DNA of 64,000 nt from Vicinamibacteria bacterium (GTDB lineage Bacteria; Acidobacteriota; Vicinamibacteria; Vicinamibacterales; JAENWD01). The translations under genes and the position numbers were made by a program. The stretch lies in NCBI GenBank assembly GCA_963806705.1, contig CAWDZE010000012.1, positions 234,826 to 298,825 of the forward strand. The letters are read 5' to 3'. The notes below the pieces were generated by a model. That model was not told the origin of the DNA and searched no databases. It saw only the letters and a list, made by a program, of their open reading frames with translations. This document shows, in pieces, positions 32,001 to 40,296 of this stretch. Each line of letters starts with the position of its first letter. Positions within the stretch are counted from its first letter, which is position 1.

Positions 32001-32405
32001 CTCGGGGACGATGCCGTACTTGGCCGGGCTGAAGAATGCCGACTGCGTCGCAATCAGGAACAGCAGGACCAGCATCCACTCGAGCCGTCCGTTCATGAAA
32101 GCGACGATCCCGACGGCCATCGCCGCGACCTCGAGCACGGTCGTGACCACCAGGACCGTGCGCTTGCTGTGCGTGTCGGCCAGCTGGCCCGCGTAGCCGG
32201 AGAACAGCAGGAACGGGAGGGCAAAGACGGCCGTCACCCACGGTAGATGGCCGCTGGCGCTGCCGGTGGCGCCGGCCGCGGCCAGCGCGACCATCGAGAT
32301 GACGAGCCGGCAGACGTTGTCGTTGAAGGCGCCCAGGAACTGCGTCCAGAGAAACGCGCGGAAGCCACGTTCGCCGAGCACTTGCGTGTAGGTGCCTGCA
32401 GCCAT
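29001..32405 (-). CDS. Three-domain fusion: LplT-like MFS lysophospholipid transporter, PlsC-type acyltransferase and acyl-ACP synthetase (Aas-like)
   Basis: 1134 aa, intact. About 12 TM helices at the N-terminus. NHLSHVDG acyltransferase motif in the middle. C-terminal AMP-binding motifs (IFSSGSTGQPKGV, YGCTE, TGDIG). Confidence 0.85.
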   Translation of the reverse strand: MAAGTYTQVLGERGFRAFLWTQFLGAFNDNVCRLVISMVALAAAGATGSASGHLPWVTAVFALPFLLFSGYAGQLADTHSKRTVLVVTTVLEVAAMAVGIVAFMNGRLEWMLVLLFLIATQSAFFSPAKYGIVPEIVPERALSRANGLLEMSTFAAIVLGSAAGTALYALWDERLPTIGLALTAVALVGAAVSVGIPRVSPARRAEPLRWNPWAGLTAGVQRLVSERTLWMTALGVAWFWFIGALLQMAVLVAGRQVMGLGDGAIAAMSAFMAVGVGGGSLAAGRWSGDKVELGLVPFGAFGMGVSALALVWAMPSYPLACEALLVLGFAGGLFTVPLHALLQQKPAVGEKGSVFAVSNLLSTVAILLASGSMWYFDQVAGVAPDRVILVFGVFQLVASCYVLWLLPDFSLRFTLLLLTHTIYRVEATGLEHVPARGPALLVCNHLSHVDGFLVGACVPRFIRFMIYRPYFNMPVAHRLLTMMRAIPVAGGNRQEVLASIAQARAELESGHVVCIFAEGAISRTGNLLPFKRGFERIVDGLDVPVIPVCLDRLWGSVFSFKQGRFFWKWPEQLPYPVSVSFGAPMPSTTTAADARQAIAELSSDAMTGRLDRRSVLHRRVMRTAKRHWGRLAMADASGRELSYGRMLVAALLLSRWVRRQCEGQAMVGLLLPASIPAALANLAVLIAGKVPVNLNFTAGREAMAAAIAQCGITTVISAKQFLAKAKLDAPDGTVLFEDVMPTFTATDKARTFIEARLLPSRWLIRRYAPEMHGPDDLATVIFSSGSTGQPKGVMLSHRNVIANLEGMCQVFWVTPKDRMIGVLPFFHSFGFTGALWFPLVSGFGTLLVPNPMDAKSVGELADKHEATIIIGTPTFYQAYIRKCEPRQFRALRYGVVGAERLREPIARAFRERFGIDLLEGYGCTEMAPVVSVNVPDAADARQTGRKAGSVGHPLPGVVVRVVDPESRTPVTPGDPGLLLVKGPNRMLGYLGNPTATASVLADGWYVTGDIGSVDDDGFIRLTDRLSRFSKIAGEMVPHLKIEEVVIGALDDPNCVVTAVPDENRGERLVVFYTKDVPEDEVWAALNNSDLPKLWVPKKDNIRRIESIPVLGTGKVDLRGVRQLAAALVAAPPAS

Positions 32406-32462
32406 AGGTGAGCCGCGCGCATCTTAGCACCCGTGACATCGACTCGCGATAAGCTGGCCGGC

Positions 32463-33836
32463 ATGCGACGACGACGACTCGTTCCGATTGCCGCCCTCCT
32501 GCATTTGGCGTTCGCGTCCGGCGTCAACGGACAGATGGCCGCGCCGCCACAAGCAGCGAAAGACCGACACGTCATCCTGATCAGCCTCGACGGCTTCCCT
32601 GCGATCGCACTCGACAATCCGCGGACGCCCGTGCCGACACTGCACCGGCTGGTGCGCGAGGGCGCGCGCGCCGCGGCCGTGATTCCTGTCAACCCCGTGG
32701 TGACGTGGCCGAACCACACCACCTACATCACCGGCGTGGCGCCTGCCACACACCATGTGATGTTCAACGGCTTGCTCACGCGCGATACAGCCGGACTGCC
32801 CAAGATCGAGCCCTGGCGACCGAAGCGCGAGATGGTGAAGGCCCCGACCGTCTACGACGCTGCGCACGCGGCAGGCCTGACGACCGCACAGGTGAACTGG
32901 GTGGCGATATACGAACCCGAGACCATCACGTGGGCGTTTGCGGAAATGCCGACTCCCGGGGGCGTCATCGAGCAGGAAATGGTCGCCGCCGGGCAGGTCA
33001 CCGCTGACGACATCGCGACGTTCAACACGAACACCGCGGCGGCCTGGCGCGATCAGGTGTGGACCGATGCGGCCGTGCACATCCTCGAGCGCCACAAGCC
33101 GAATCTGCTGCTCTACCACCTCCTCGCACTCGACAGCACCCATCACACGTACGGGGCGGGCACGCTTGCGTCCACCACGGCGATGGCGTTTCTCGACAGC
33201 CAGGTCGCGCGCCTCATGGCTGCGCTCGAGCGCAGCGGCCTCGCAGAGTCGACCACGGTCGTCGTGCTGGCCGACCATGGCTTCAGGACGGCGCAACGGA
33301 CGGTGAATCTCAACGTCGCGCTCCGCAACGCGGGGCTGATCCGCGGCGAGGGCGCCTCACGCCAGGCCGATGCGTGGACGATGCCGTGGGGTGGCGCCGC
33401 GGGGATTTACCTGACCGATCGCGGCTCGGGTGCGGGCCTGCTGCCGAAGATCGAGGCCGCGGTGTCCGGCGTCGAGGGCGTCGATCGCGTCGTCACTGGC
33501 GCCGGGTTCGAATCCCTCGGCCTGCCCGATCCGGCGACGACCGATCAGGCGCCGGACATCGTGGTCGCCGTACGCGACGGCTATGACGTCGGCCGCGCCG
33601 ACACGGGCGCGCTGGTCGTCGACACCGACGCGACACACGTCGGGCACCACGGGGCGCTGAACACGGACCCTTCAATGCGAGCGTTGTTTCTGGCGTGGGG
33701 CCGCGACGTCACGCCGGGTGTCCGCCTTGGCGATGTCCGCGCAGTCGACGTCGCACCGACCATTGCCGAGTGGCTTGGCGTCAAGCTGACGAGTGCGGAT
33801 GGGACTTCGTTGGCCGGCGCACTCGCTGGTCGTTGA
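32463..33836 (+). CDS. Secreted alkaline-phosphatase-superfamily nucleotide pyrophosphatase/phosphodiesterase (ENPP-like)
   Basis: ATG at 32463 (MRRRRLVPIAALL signal peptide). Motifs: ISLDGF, TWPNHTTYITG, ADHGF. Confidence 0.75.
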   Translation: MRRRRLVPIAALLHLAFASGVNGQMAAPPQAAKDRHVILISLDGFPAIALDNPRTPVPTLHRLVREGARAAAVIPVNPVVTWPNHTTYITGVAPATHHVMFNGLLTRDTAGLPKIEPWRPKREMVKAPTVYDAAHAAGLTTAQVNWVAIYEPETITWAFAEMPTPGGVIEQEMVAAGQVTADDIATFNTNTAAAWRDQVWTDAAVHILERHKPNLLLYHLLALDSTHHTYGAGTLASTTAMAFLDSQVARLMAALERSGLAESTTVVVLADHGFRTAQRTVNLNVALRNAGLIRGEGASRQADAWTMPWGGAAGIYLTDRGSGAGLLPKIEAAVSGVEGVDRVVTGAGFESLGLPDPATTDQAPDIVVAVRDGYDVGRADTGALVVDTDATHVGHHGALNTDPSMRALFLAWGRDVTPGVRLGDVRAVDVAPTIAEWLGVKLTSADGTSLAGALAGR

Positions 33837-33869
33837 TCGGGTTCGGTCAGGTTCGGTCGGGTTGGGCGC
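33828..33869. repeat. Decamer-family array, reverse orientation (GGTTSGGTC-type, ~4 units)
   Basis: ggtcgttgatc gggttcggtc aggttcggtc gggttgggcgc. The ENPP-like stop lies inside the first unit. Confidence 0.8.
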
Positions 33870-33939
33870 AGTTGTTTGCTCCAGCGCAATGTTGACGAAG
33901 CTCAACGACATACCGGCCCCGGGTCGGTAGTTTCGGAGC

Positions 33940-34515
33940 ATGGACAATCTGCGAGTCGCCCCACAGGTCACCAACTGTGAAGCCGAGTGGCAGTCGCGCC
34001 TGGTCAGCATGCTGGCCACACATATCAGCGGCGTGTACCACGAACGCCTGCGACACGAGCTGCCAATCCTGACCCGGCAGGTGGCGGCCTTGAGCACCCA
34101 GTTCAGCGACGTCCGTGTGTTCCACCTGCGCGCCCTTGCGGGACTGCTCGGCGAGCTGCGCAACGAGGTCGACCCGCACGCCTGGACCGAGGACGACTTG
34201 CTGTTCCCGGTCCTGGCTGCCAGTGAGAACCCGGCGGTTCCTGCCACGACGCTGACCTCAGACCGGCTGCTGCGCCTGGTGGACACGCTTGCCGCAGAAC
34301 ATGTCCGGATTCGCCACGTGCTGGCTCGAATCACCACCTACATCGCAATTGTGAAGCAGCAGGCCTCCGAAGTGCCGGACTGGGCCGAGCTGATCTTTCG
34401 GGTCGAGAAGCTGCGGAACTACAAGCTCGAGGAGATGGGCCTCGAGGATCGCTGCCTGCTGCCGCGCGCCAGAGCCATCGCACAAGCCAGCAGCCATCCC
34501 GGGTCCAATCGCTAG
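33940..34515 (+). CDS. Hemerythrin-like domain protein (RIC/YtfE-like di-iron family)
   Basis: YHERLRHELPIL and EDDLLFPVL resemble the RIC motifs HHxxLRxELPxL and EExxLFP. A second H-containing helix is HVRIRHVLARI. Confidence 0.55.
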   Translation: MDNLRVAPQVTNCEAEWQSRLVSMLATHISGVYHERLRHELPILTRQVAALSTQFSDVRVFHLRALAGLLGELRNEVDPHAWTEDDLLFPVLAASENPAVPATTLTSDRLLRLVDTLAAEHVRIRHVLARITTYIAIVKQQASEVPDWAELIFRVEKLRNYKLEEMGLEDRCLLPRARAIAQASSHPGSNR

Positions 34516-35307
34516 GGCGCCAGAAGCGCGACCACCCGCACCGGCCCTCCCGATCCGCCCGCGATCTTCATGGGCAGGGCGATGACCGTGGCGCCAGTGG
34601 GCGGCAGTTGGTCGAGCGCCGTGAGGTTTTCGAGGTTGGCCACGTTGGCCGCCGCGCCGACGCGATGTGCTGGAAAGTCGGTCGACGGCCCGTAGTCGAT
34701 CGACGCGGTGTCGATGCCAAGCACCGCCGCCTGGCGCTGCTCCACCAGGAAGCGCGCCGCGTCCTCGCCGTACCCGGGAAATTTCAGCTTCGACGCGTCG
34801 CCCGGCGTGTCGTCCCCCAGATACCGCTTTCGGTCGGGCCAGTAGCGGCTCCATCCGGTGCGGGCCAGCACGATGGTGCCCGGCGCGATGCGCCCGTGCG
34901 CCGCCTCGAAGGCCTCGATATCGGCTCGCGTCACCCGGTATGCGGCGTCGGCGGCCGCCTGCCTTGTGACATCGATCACAACGGCCGGCGCGATGAGCTG
35001 CCGCAGCGGCAGGTCGGCGGTGTTGACGCCGGTTTTCGAGAAGTGGACCGGCGCGTCCAGATGCGTGCCGCCGTGTTCCGGGGTGCAGAGCTTGTAGGAC
35101 GAATAGAAGTACCCGCCCGGCGTCATGCCCGACGCAAGCGTCGTCAACTCGAATGCCGAGGGCGAGGTCGGCCAGGTACAGCGTGCCGGCATCAAAGGGA
35201 TGCGTCAGGTCGATGATGCGCGCCGTCTTCAGGTCGAGCGGCGCTTGCGCCCACACCGGACCAGAGCCGAACATCGCTACGACAAATGTCACAACCGCGC
35301 GTGTCAT
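34512..35307 (-). CDS. Cyclase-family protein (kynurenine formamidase-like) with signal peptide, with an apparent 1-nt insertion at 35175-35176
   Basis: HGGTHLDAPVHF motif in ORF 34512..35195. The signal peptide and IIDLTHPFDAGTLY are in ORF 34258..35439. The frames join at tac(c)tgg. GGTGGAGG lies upstream of ATG 35307. Confidence 0.75.
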
Positions 35308-35316
35308 GCCGGCCTC

Positions 35317-35398
35317 CACCATCAACCTGACCCAACCCGACCCAACCTGACCCAACCAGACCCAACCTGACCCAACCTGACCCAACCTGACCCAATCT
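35317..35398. repeat. Decamer tandem array (GACCCAACCN, 7 units plus a degenerate lead-in)
   Basis: gacccaaccc gacccaacct gacccaacca (gacccaacct)x3 gacccaatct. Fills the gap between 35307 and 35402. Confidence 0.95.
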
Positions 35399-35401
35399 GT
35401 T

Positions 35402-36406
35402 CTAGGGCATCGCGCGTATCGCCTCCCACACGGCGTCATCCACCGGGATGCCGAGTCGCGTGTTTTCCGCGCGCGTTCGCAACACCTGCTCGCCGGGATA
35501 GCGCGCGGCGCCGCCGCCTGCGGCCGGCACGGCGGTGTGCAGGTCGTCGATCACCGCCGAGACCACACGCGACAGCGCGTCGGCGCCGCCGGCGCGGCTC
35601 ACGTCGAAGGCGAGAAACACCTGCGAGAGCCCGAATTCGTCGGGTTGACGACCGATCTGATGGGCGGTCTGGCCGCCGGACAGGACGGCGCCGAGCACGT
35701 CGAAGACCAGCGACATCCCCGCGCCCTTCCAATAGCCGGCCGGCAGCGGACGCATCGTCCTGAGAATCGCGCCAGGGTCGGTCGTCAGGTGGCCCGCCTC
35801 GTCGTACCCTCCGGGGATCGGGAGTTGCTCGCCGCGCAGCTGCAGCGTCTCCATCTTCCCGTAGGAAAACTGCGACATCGCGACGTCGAGCACGACCGGC
35901 TGGTCGCCGCGCGGGATCGCGATGATGACCGGCGTGTTGCCAAGCTTCGAGGTGAGCGTGCCCCAGGGAGGCATGTTGGGCGTGGTGTTGGTCCATCCTA
36001 TGAACGCCACGCCGGCCTCGGCCGCCTGCCAGCCGTAGGTGCCCCCGCGCATCCAGTGGTTGGTATTCCGCAGGGCAACCAGCCCCAGACCATGTTCCTT
36101 CGCCAGCGCAACGGCGCGACTGGTGGCCGTGGTCGCATTCAGATTTCCGGGCCCGAGCTGCCCGTCCCACTGCTCCCACGGACCGAAGCGGGCCGCACAG
36201 ACTGGTTCTGCGTTGGGCTTCACGATGCCGGCCTTGATCTGACGGACGAACCGCGGAAACCGGTTGAGCCCATGCGAGGCCACGCCGTCACGGTGCGTCT
36301 CGGCAAACAGAGTCGCCGACCGCCGCGCGCGCGGGCCCGAAAATGCCAACCCTTCAAGCACCCGCGTGAGCTCGACGACTACGTCTTCAAATGAAATGCG
36401 AATCAT
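35402..36406 (-). CDS. Ldh_2 family dehydrogenase (3-dehydro-L-gulonate 2-dehydrogenase / malate-L-lactate dehydrogenase type 2-like)
   Basis: Internal ATG at 36406. Motifs: HGLNRFP, LRNTNHWMRGGTYGW, GYDEAGHLTTDP. Confidence 0.8.
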   Translation of the reverse strand: MIRISFEDVVVELTRVLEGLAFSGPRARRSATLFAETHRDGVASHGLNRFPRFVRQIKAGIVKPNAEPVCAARFGPWEQWDGQLGPGNLNATTATSRAVALAKEHGLGLVALRNTNHWMRGGTYGWQAAEAGVAFIGWTNTTPNMPPWGTLTSKLGNTPVIIAIPRGDQPVVLDVAMSQFSYGKMETLQLRGEQLPIPGGYDEAGHLTTDPGAILRTMRPLPAGYWKGAGMSLVFDVLGAVLSGGQTAHQIGRQPDEFGLSQVFLAFDVSRAGGADALSRVVSAVIDDLHTAVPAAGGGAARYPGEQVLRTRAENTRLGIPVDDAVWEAIRAMP

Positions 36407-36490
36407 GGGAATTGCAGATTGCGATTGACGGATTACGAAATTCGCGCGCAATTCTTAATCGTCAATCGTCAATCTGCAATCGTCAATTTC
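36407..36490. repeat. Inverted pair of heptamer arrays (long imperfect palindrome)
   Basis: ggaattgca gattgcg attgacg gattacg aaattcgcgcgcaattctt aatcgtc aatcgtc aatctgc aatcgtc aatttcc. The lipid-kinase stop (36469-71) lies in the right arm. Confidence 0.9.
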
Positions 36491-37428
36491 CACGAGACGA
36501 CCCGGAGCGCGTGAGGCAGCAGCAGCGCTTCGATGGTCGTCGCCTCACCCAGGTCCTCGCCATCGCCGACGATTGCGGTGCCGTCGAGCCATTCGATCTC
36601 CGCCGACACGGCCTGGTGAATCGTGAGCAGGTCCTGCGGCACGGAGCGCCCGCTGCGTAACTTCGGCAACTGCATCGCGACGGAGAGGCGTGCGCGATTT
36701 TCAACCAGCACGATCTCGAAGCGGCCATCGTCGGGCGTAACCGCGAGAGGCAGGCGAAGGCCTGCGCCCAGCGCGGGGCGACAGGCCAGGAAGATGCCGT
36801 AAAACCGCCCTTCAACCTGCTGCCAGGCGGCATCGGCCGTCGGGCGCCAGCGCACCGTCGCGTGGCGAGCCAGTCGCGGCTCGAGCAGCAGCCGCGCCCC
36901 GGCAGCGCCGAGATAGGCGAGCGATCCGAAGGCCCGGACGATGGGGCGGGTGACATGGCCGCGTCGGGCCAGGCGGCCGACGTGGAGTGCGCTCGAGGAC
37001 ACCACGCCAAGCCCGGCGACCGTGAGCACCCGAACGCCGTTGACCGCCAGCACGTCGACGCGGCGCGATCGGCCCGCGGCGATCGCGGAGAGCGCAGGCT
37101 CCAGTGTCGGCGCCAACCCCAGGCTTCGGCAGAAGTCATTGCCAGTCCCGCTCGGCAGCGGCGCCAGTGTGATGGGCGCATCGGCAATCGCGTTGGCGGC
37201 ATGGTGGAGCGTGCCGTCGCCGCCGCCGACGGCCACCATTGCCGTGCCGGCGTGCACCTCTTCGTCCAGCATCCGTCTCAGCTCGACGAGCGAGGCCGGG
37301 TAGCGGAACTCAACCAGATAGCGGGTGGCGAGCGCGTCGGCAATTGCCTTCTCATGCCGGACGACACGCCCGCCGCCCGCGAACCGGCTCATGAGGATCG
37401 GCAGCCGCGTACGCACGCGTGACGGCAT
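36469..37428 (-). CDS. Diacylglycerol kinase catalytic-domain lipid kinase (YegS/BmrU-like)
   Basis: Motifs VAVGGGDGTLHH and PLPSGTGNDF. Confidence 0.8.
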   Translation of the reverse strand: MPSRVRTRLPILMSRFAGGGRVVRHEKAIADALATRYLVEFRYPASLVELRRMLDEEVHAGTAMVAVGGGDGTLHHAANAIADAPITLAPLPSGTGNDFCRSLGLAPTLEPALSAIAAGRSRRVDVLAVNGVRVLTVAGLGVVSSSALHVGRLARRGHVTRPIVRAFGSLAYLGAAGARLLLEPRLARHATVRWRPTADAAWQQVEGRFYGIFLACRPALGAGLRLPLAVTPDDGRFEIVLVENRARLSVAMQLPKLRSGRSVPQDLLTIHQAVSAEIEWLDGTAIVGDGEDLGEATTIEALLLPHALRVVSWKLTIAD

Positions 37429-37494
37429 GAAGGATGAAGACTAGCAGAGGTTCTTCTATACTGGCGATCGTGCGCCCTGAGAATTGAGAAGCCG

Positions 37495-38286
37495 ATGAAA
37501 CCACCAACCGTTTTTCTAGGCGAGATGACGAACCCCGAGGTCGAGGCGTTCGTGAAGACCAACCGCATGGTGATCGTGCCCACCGGCGCGGTCGAGCAGC
37601 ACGGCCCGCACGGCCCCCTGCTGACCGATGTGCTGATCCCCAACGAGGTCGCCAGGCGCGCCGCACCGGCGCTCGGCGCCGCCGTCGCCCCACCGATCAA
37701 CTACGCGTTGTCGTATCCGCACAAGGGCTTTACCGGTGTCGTTTACCTGCGGATGGAGACGTTCCGCGCGCTGGTCGAGGACATCGCCGTTGGTCTGGCG
37801 ACAATGGGGTTCAAGCGGATCGTGTTCCTGAACGGGCACTACGACAACACGTACGCGCTCGCGTATGCGTGTGCCGGGGCCGCCGATCGCCTGCCAGCCG
37901 ACGCGCGGGCGTTTCCCATCAACTACTGGGACGGCATGCCGCCGGAGGTCATGACCGAATACGCCAGCCTGGAAAAAGGGATGCACGCCAACTCCGCCGA
38001 GACCTCGGCGGTGCTGCGCATCAATCCCAATCTGGTGGACATGGACAAGGCCAACGCCGAGTTTCCGCCCTTTCCGCCTTTCAAGGCTAACGCAGGCGCC
38101 GTCCACACCGCCTTCTTCTTCAGCAACCCTGGGTCGGTCTACTGGGCGACCAAGTCGGGCACGTGGGGTGATGCCAGGCAGTCGACGGCCGAGATCGGCG
38201 AGCGATATCTGGAGGCCAGCGTCGCCTCGACGATCGCGGTGCTGGAGAACATCGAGAAGATGTTCGAGGCCATGCCGCCGCGGTAG
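37495..38286 (+). CDS. Creatininase (creatinine amidohydrolase) family protein
   Basis: Family motifs PTGAVEQHGPHGPL and NGHYDN. Confidence 0.8.
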   Translation: MKPPTVFLGEMTNPEVEAFVKTNRMVIVPTGAVEQHGPHGPLLTDVLIPNEVARRAAPALGAAVAPPINYALSYPHKGFTGVVYLRMETFRALVEDIAVGLATMGFKRIVFLNGHYDNTYALAYACAGAADRLPADARAFPINYWDGMPPEVMTEYASLEKGMHANSAETSAVLRINPNLVDMDKANAEFPPFPPFKANAGAVHTAFFFSNPGSVYWATKSGTWGDARQSTAEIGERYLEASVASTIAVLENIEKMFEAMPPR

Positions 38287-38292
38287 GTGCGA

Positions 38293-39078
38293 CTACGGCA
38301 TGCGCTTGAGCCGCTCTTCCAGCTTCTCCCTGTAGCTCTGCCCGACGCGGAGCGCGGTGCCGTCTTTCAGGACCGCTTCGAGCTCGCCCGCGGCAAGGCG
38401 CAGCTCCCGAAGGCGATAGACGTTGATCGCGTGGCAGCGGTGAATGCGGACGAAGCGGTCGCCCATCCGCGCCTCGAGCCCTTTCATGGTCTCGCGCAAC
38501 ACGTGCGAGCCGGTATCCAGATACAGCCGCGCGTAGTTGCCTTCGGCCTCCACCCAGTTGATGTCGTCGGGGCTGACGAAGGCGACACGGCCTTCGGCCT
38601 TGATCATCATGCGCGGTGACGGCGCGTCGACCGAATCAGCGAGCCGCGGCGACGCGGTCCGCATCAACTGCAGGAGCCGTTCAGAAAACTCTTCCGCCCG
38701 CTGGCGCTGCAGCTGTCGCCGTGCGTGGCTGAGCGCGCTGCGAAACCGGTCGTTGCTGAACGGCTTCAGGAGGTAGTCCACCGCGTGGATCTCGAACGCG
38801 CGCAGCGCGTGCTCGTCGTACGCCGTGACGAAGATCACGACCGGCATCCGGTCCACGCCAACCGCCTCGACCACCTCGAAGCCGTCGAGCTCGGGCATCT
38901 GCAGATCGAGGAAGACCAGGTCCGGCTCGATGCGCCGCAATGCCTCTACCGCGGCGCGGCCGTCCGCGCACTCCCCGACCAGCTCGATGTCGCGCTCTTC
39001 GCCCAGCAGCGCGACCAGCCGTTGGCGGGCCAGGGGCTGGTCGTCGACGACGAGCGTGCGAATCGGCGCGGGGGTCAT
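38293..39078 (-). CDS. LytR/AlgR (LytTR) family response regulator
   Basis: Internal ATG at 39078. A receiver domain (VVDDQP, FLDLQMPELDG, LLKP) is followed by a LytTR DNA-binding domain. Confidence 0.9.
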   Translation of the reverse strand: MTPAPIRTLVVDDQPLARQRLVALLGEERDIELVGECADGRAAVEALRRIEPDLVFLDLQMPELDGFEVVEAVGVDRMPVVIFVTAYDEHALRAFEIHAVDYLLKPFSNDRFRSALSHARRQLQRQRAEEFSERLLQLMRTASPRLADSVDAPSPRMMIKAEGRVAFVSPDDINWVEAEGNYARLYLDTGSHVLRETMKGLEARMGDRFVRIHRCHAINVYRLRELRLAAGELEAVLKDGTALRVGQSYREKLEERLKRMP

Positions 39079-40221
39079 GCCGGAGCCGCCTCGATCAACT
39101 GGACCGTCGGCTCGGCCACGCCGGCGACATAGGGGATTCGCAGCGTGACCGAAAGGCCGCTGGGGGCCGGCGTGTGGAACGACAGCTCGTGGCGGGCCCC
39201 GTAGAGGCGTTCGAGCCTCGCGCGCGTGTTCGCCAGGCCAACGCCCTCGTTGAGCGTCAGCAGGTGCGCGCTCGACACGCCGCGGCCGTTGTCGGAGACG
39301 ACCAGCACGAGGTAATCGCCGTCGCGCCGGCCGCTCACGCGCAAGCATCCCTGGGCGCGGCGCGGCGCAAGCCCGTGACGAATCGCGTTTTCAACCAGCG
39401 GCTGGAGCACGAGATACGGCACGAGGCAGTCCTGCACGCCAAGCGGCACGTCCATCTCGATCTGCAGCCGATCGCCGAAGTGCACCTTCTCGATGGCCAG
39501 GTACTTGTCCAGGTACGTGAGCTCTTCGGCCAGCGGCACCTCCTGCGTCGAAGTGTTCTTCAGCGTCACTCGAAGCAGCTCGCTCAGCCGCTCGATCATC
39601 TGCTCGGCCGCCGCGGGGTTCTGACGAACCAGCGTGAAGATCGCGTGGAGCGTGTTGAACAGGAAGTGCGGCTGGAGCTGGCGCTGAAGGGCCTGCAGCT
39701 GCGCCTCGGCGAGTCGCGCCTCGAGCTGGCTCGCGCGAACGGCCCGGTCCTGTGCCTGCCTGTGAAAGTACACTGCGTGGCTGACGCCGACGATGCACAG
39801 GTAGATGACGTAGTTCCAGTCGAGATCCTGCAGCATCGACACAACGAGGAGGCGATACCGACTCGGCAATCTCGACGCCAAACCACGGCGCGGCCGCCAC
39901 CCGCGCCCCGACAGCCAGCAGCGTCTGAGTCCAGACCACCAGCACGCCGCCGCCGAGATGGGCCAGGACCGCACGTCGGCGCTGGTTCGCCGTGAAGCGA
40001 TAGCGCTCGGCCATGCCGAGCGCGACCGGGCTCATCACGCCCCAGGCCAGCCAGAACGCGACGGTGGAGTACAGATACCAGCCGTAGGTCGACGATGGCC
40101 CCGGGCGAAGAGGCGGACCCAGGAACAGGCGCGCGCCGAACCAGGAAAAGGTCGCCGTGGCCAGGCCCACCGCCGCCGAGGTCAGCAGGAGCGGCGGCGA
40201 CGGGCGGAACCACTCACGCAT
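39075..40221 (-). CDS. LytS/YehU-type sensor histidine kinase, with an apparent 1-nt insertion at 39858-39859
   Basis: The His_kinase/HATPase part is in ORF 39075..39974 (QLQPHFLFNTLH, LVENAIRHG, DNGRG). The TM sensor part is in ORF 39391..40221. The frames join at gag tcg(g)tat. The stop overlaps the regulator start (ATGA). Confidence 0.8.
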
Positions 40222-40296
40222 GCGCCACTATCCGGCCCGCTCCTCCCTCAGGTCAAGATGAAGACGCGGCGGTTGGTCCCGGGAATCCACGTTTCA

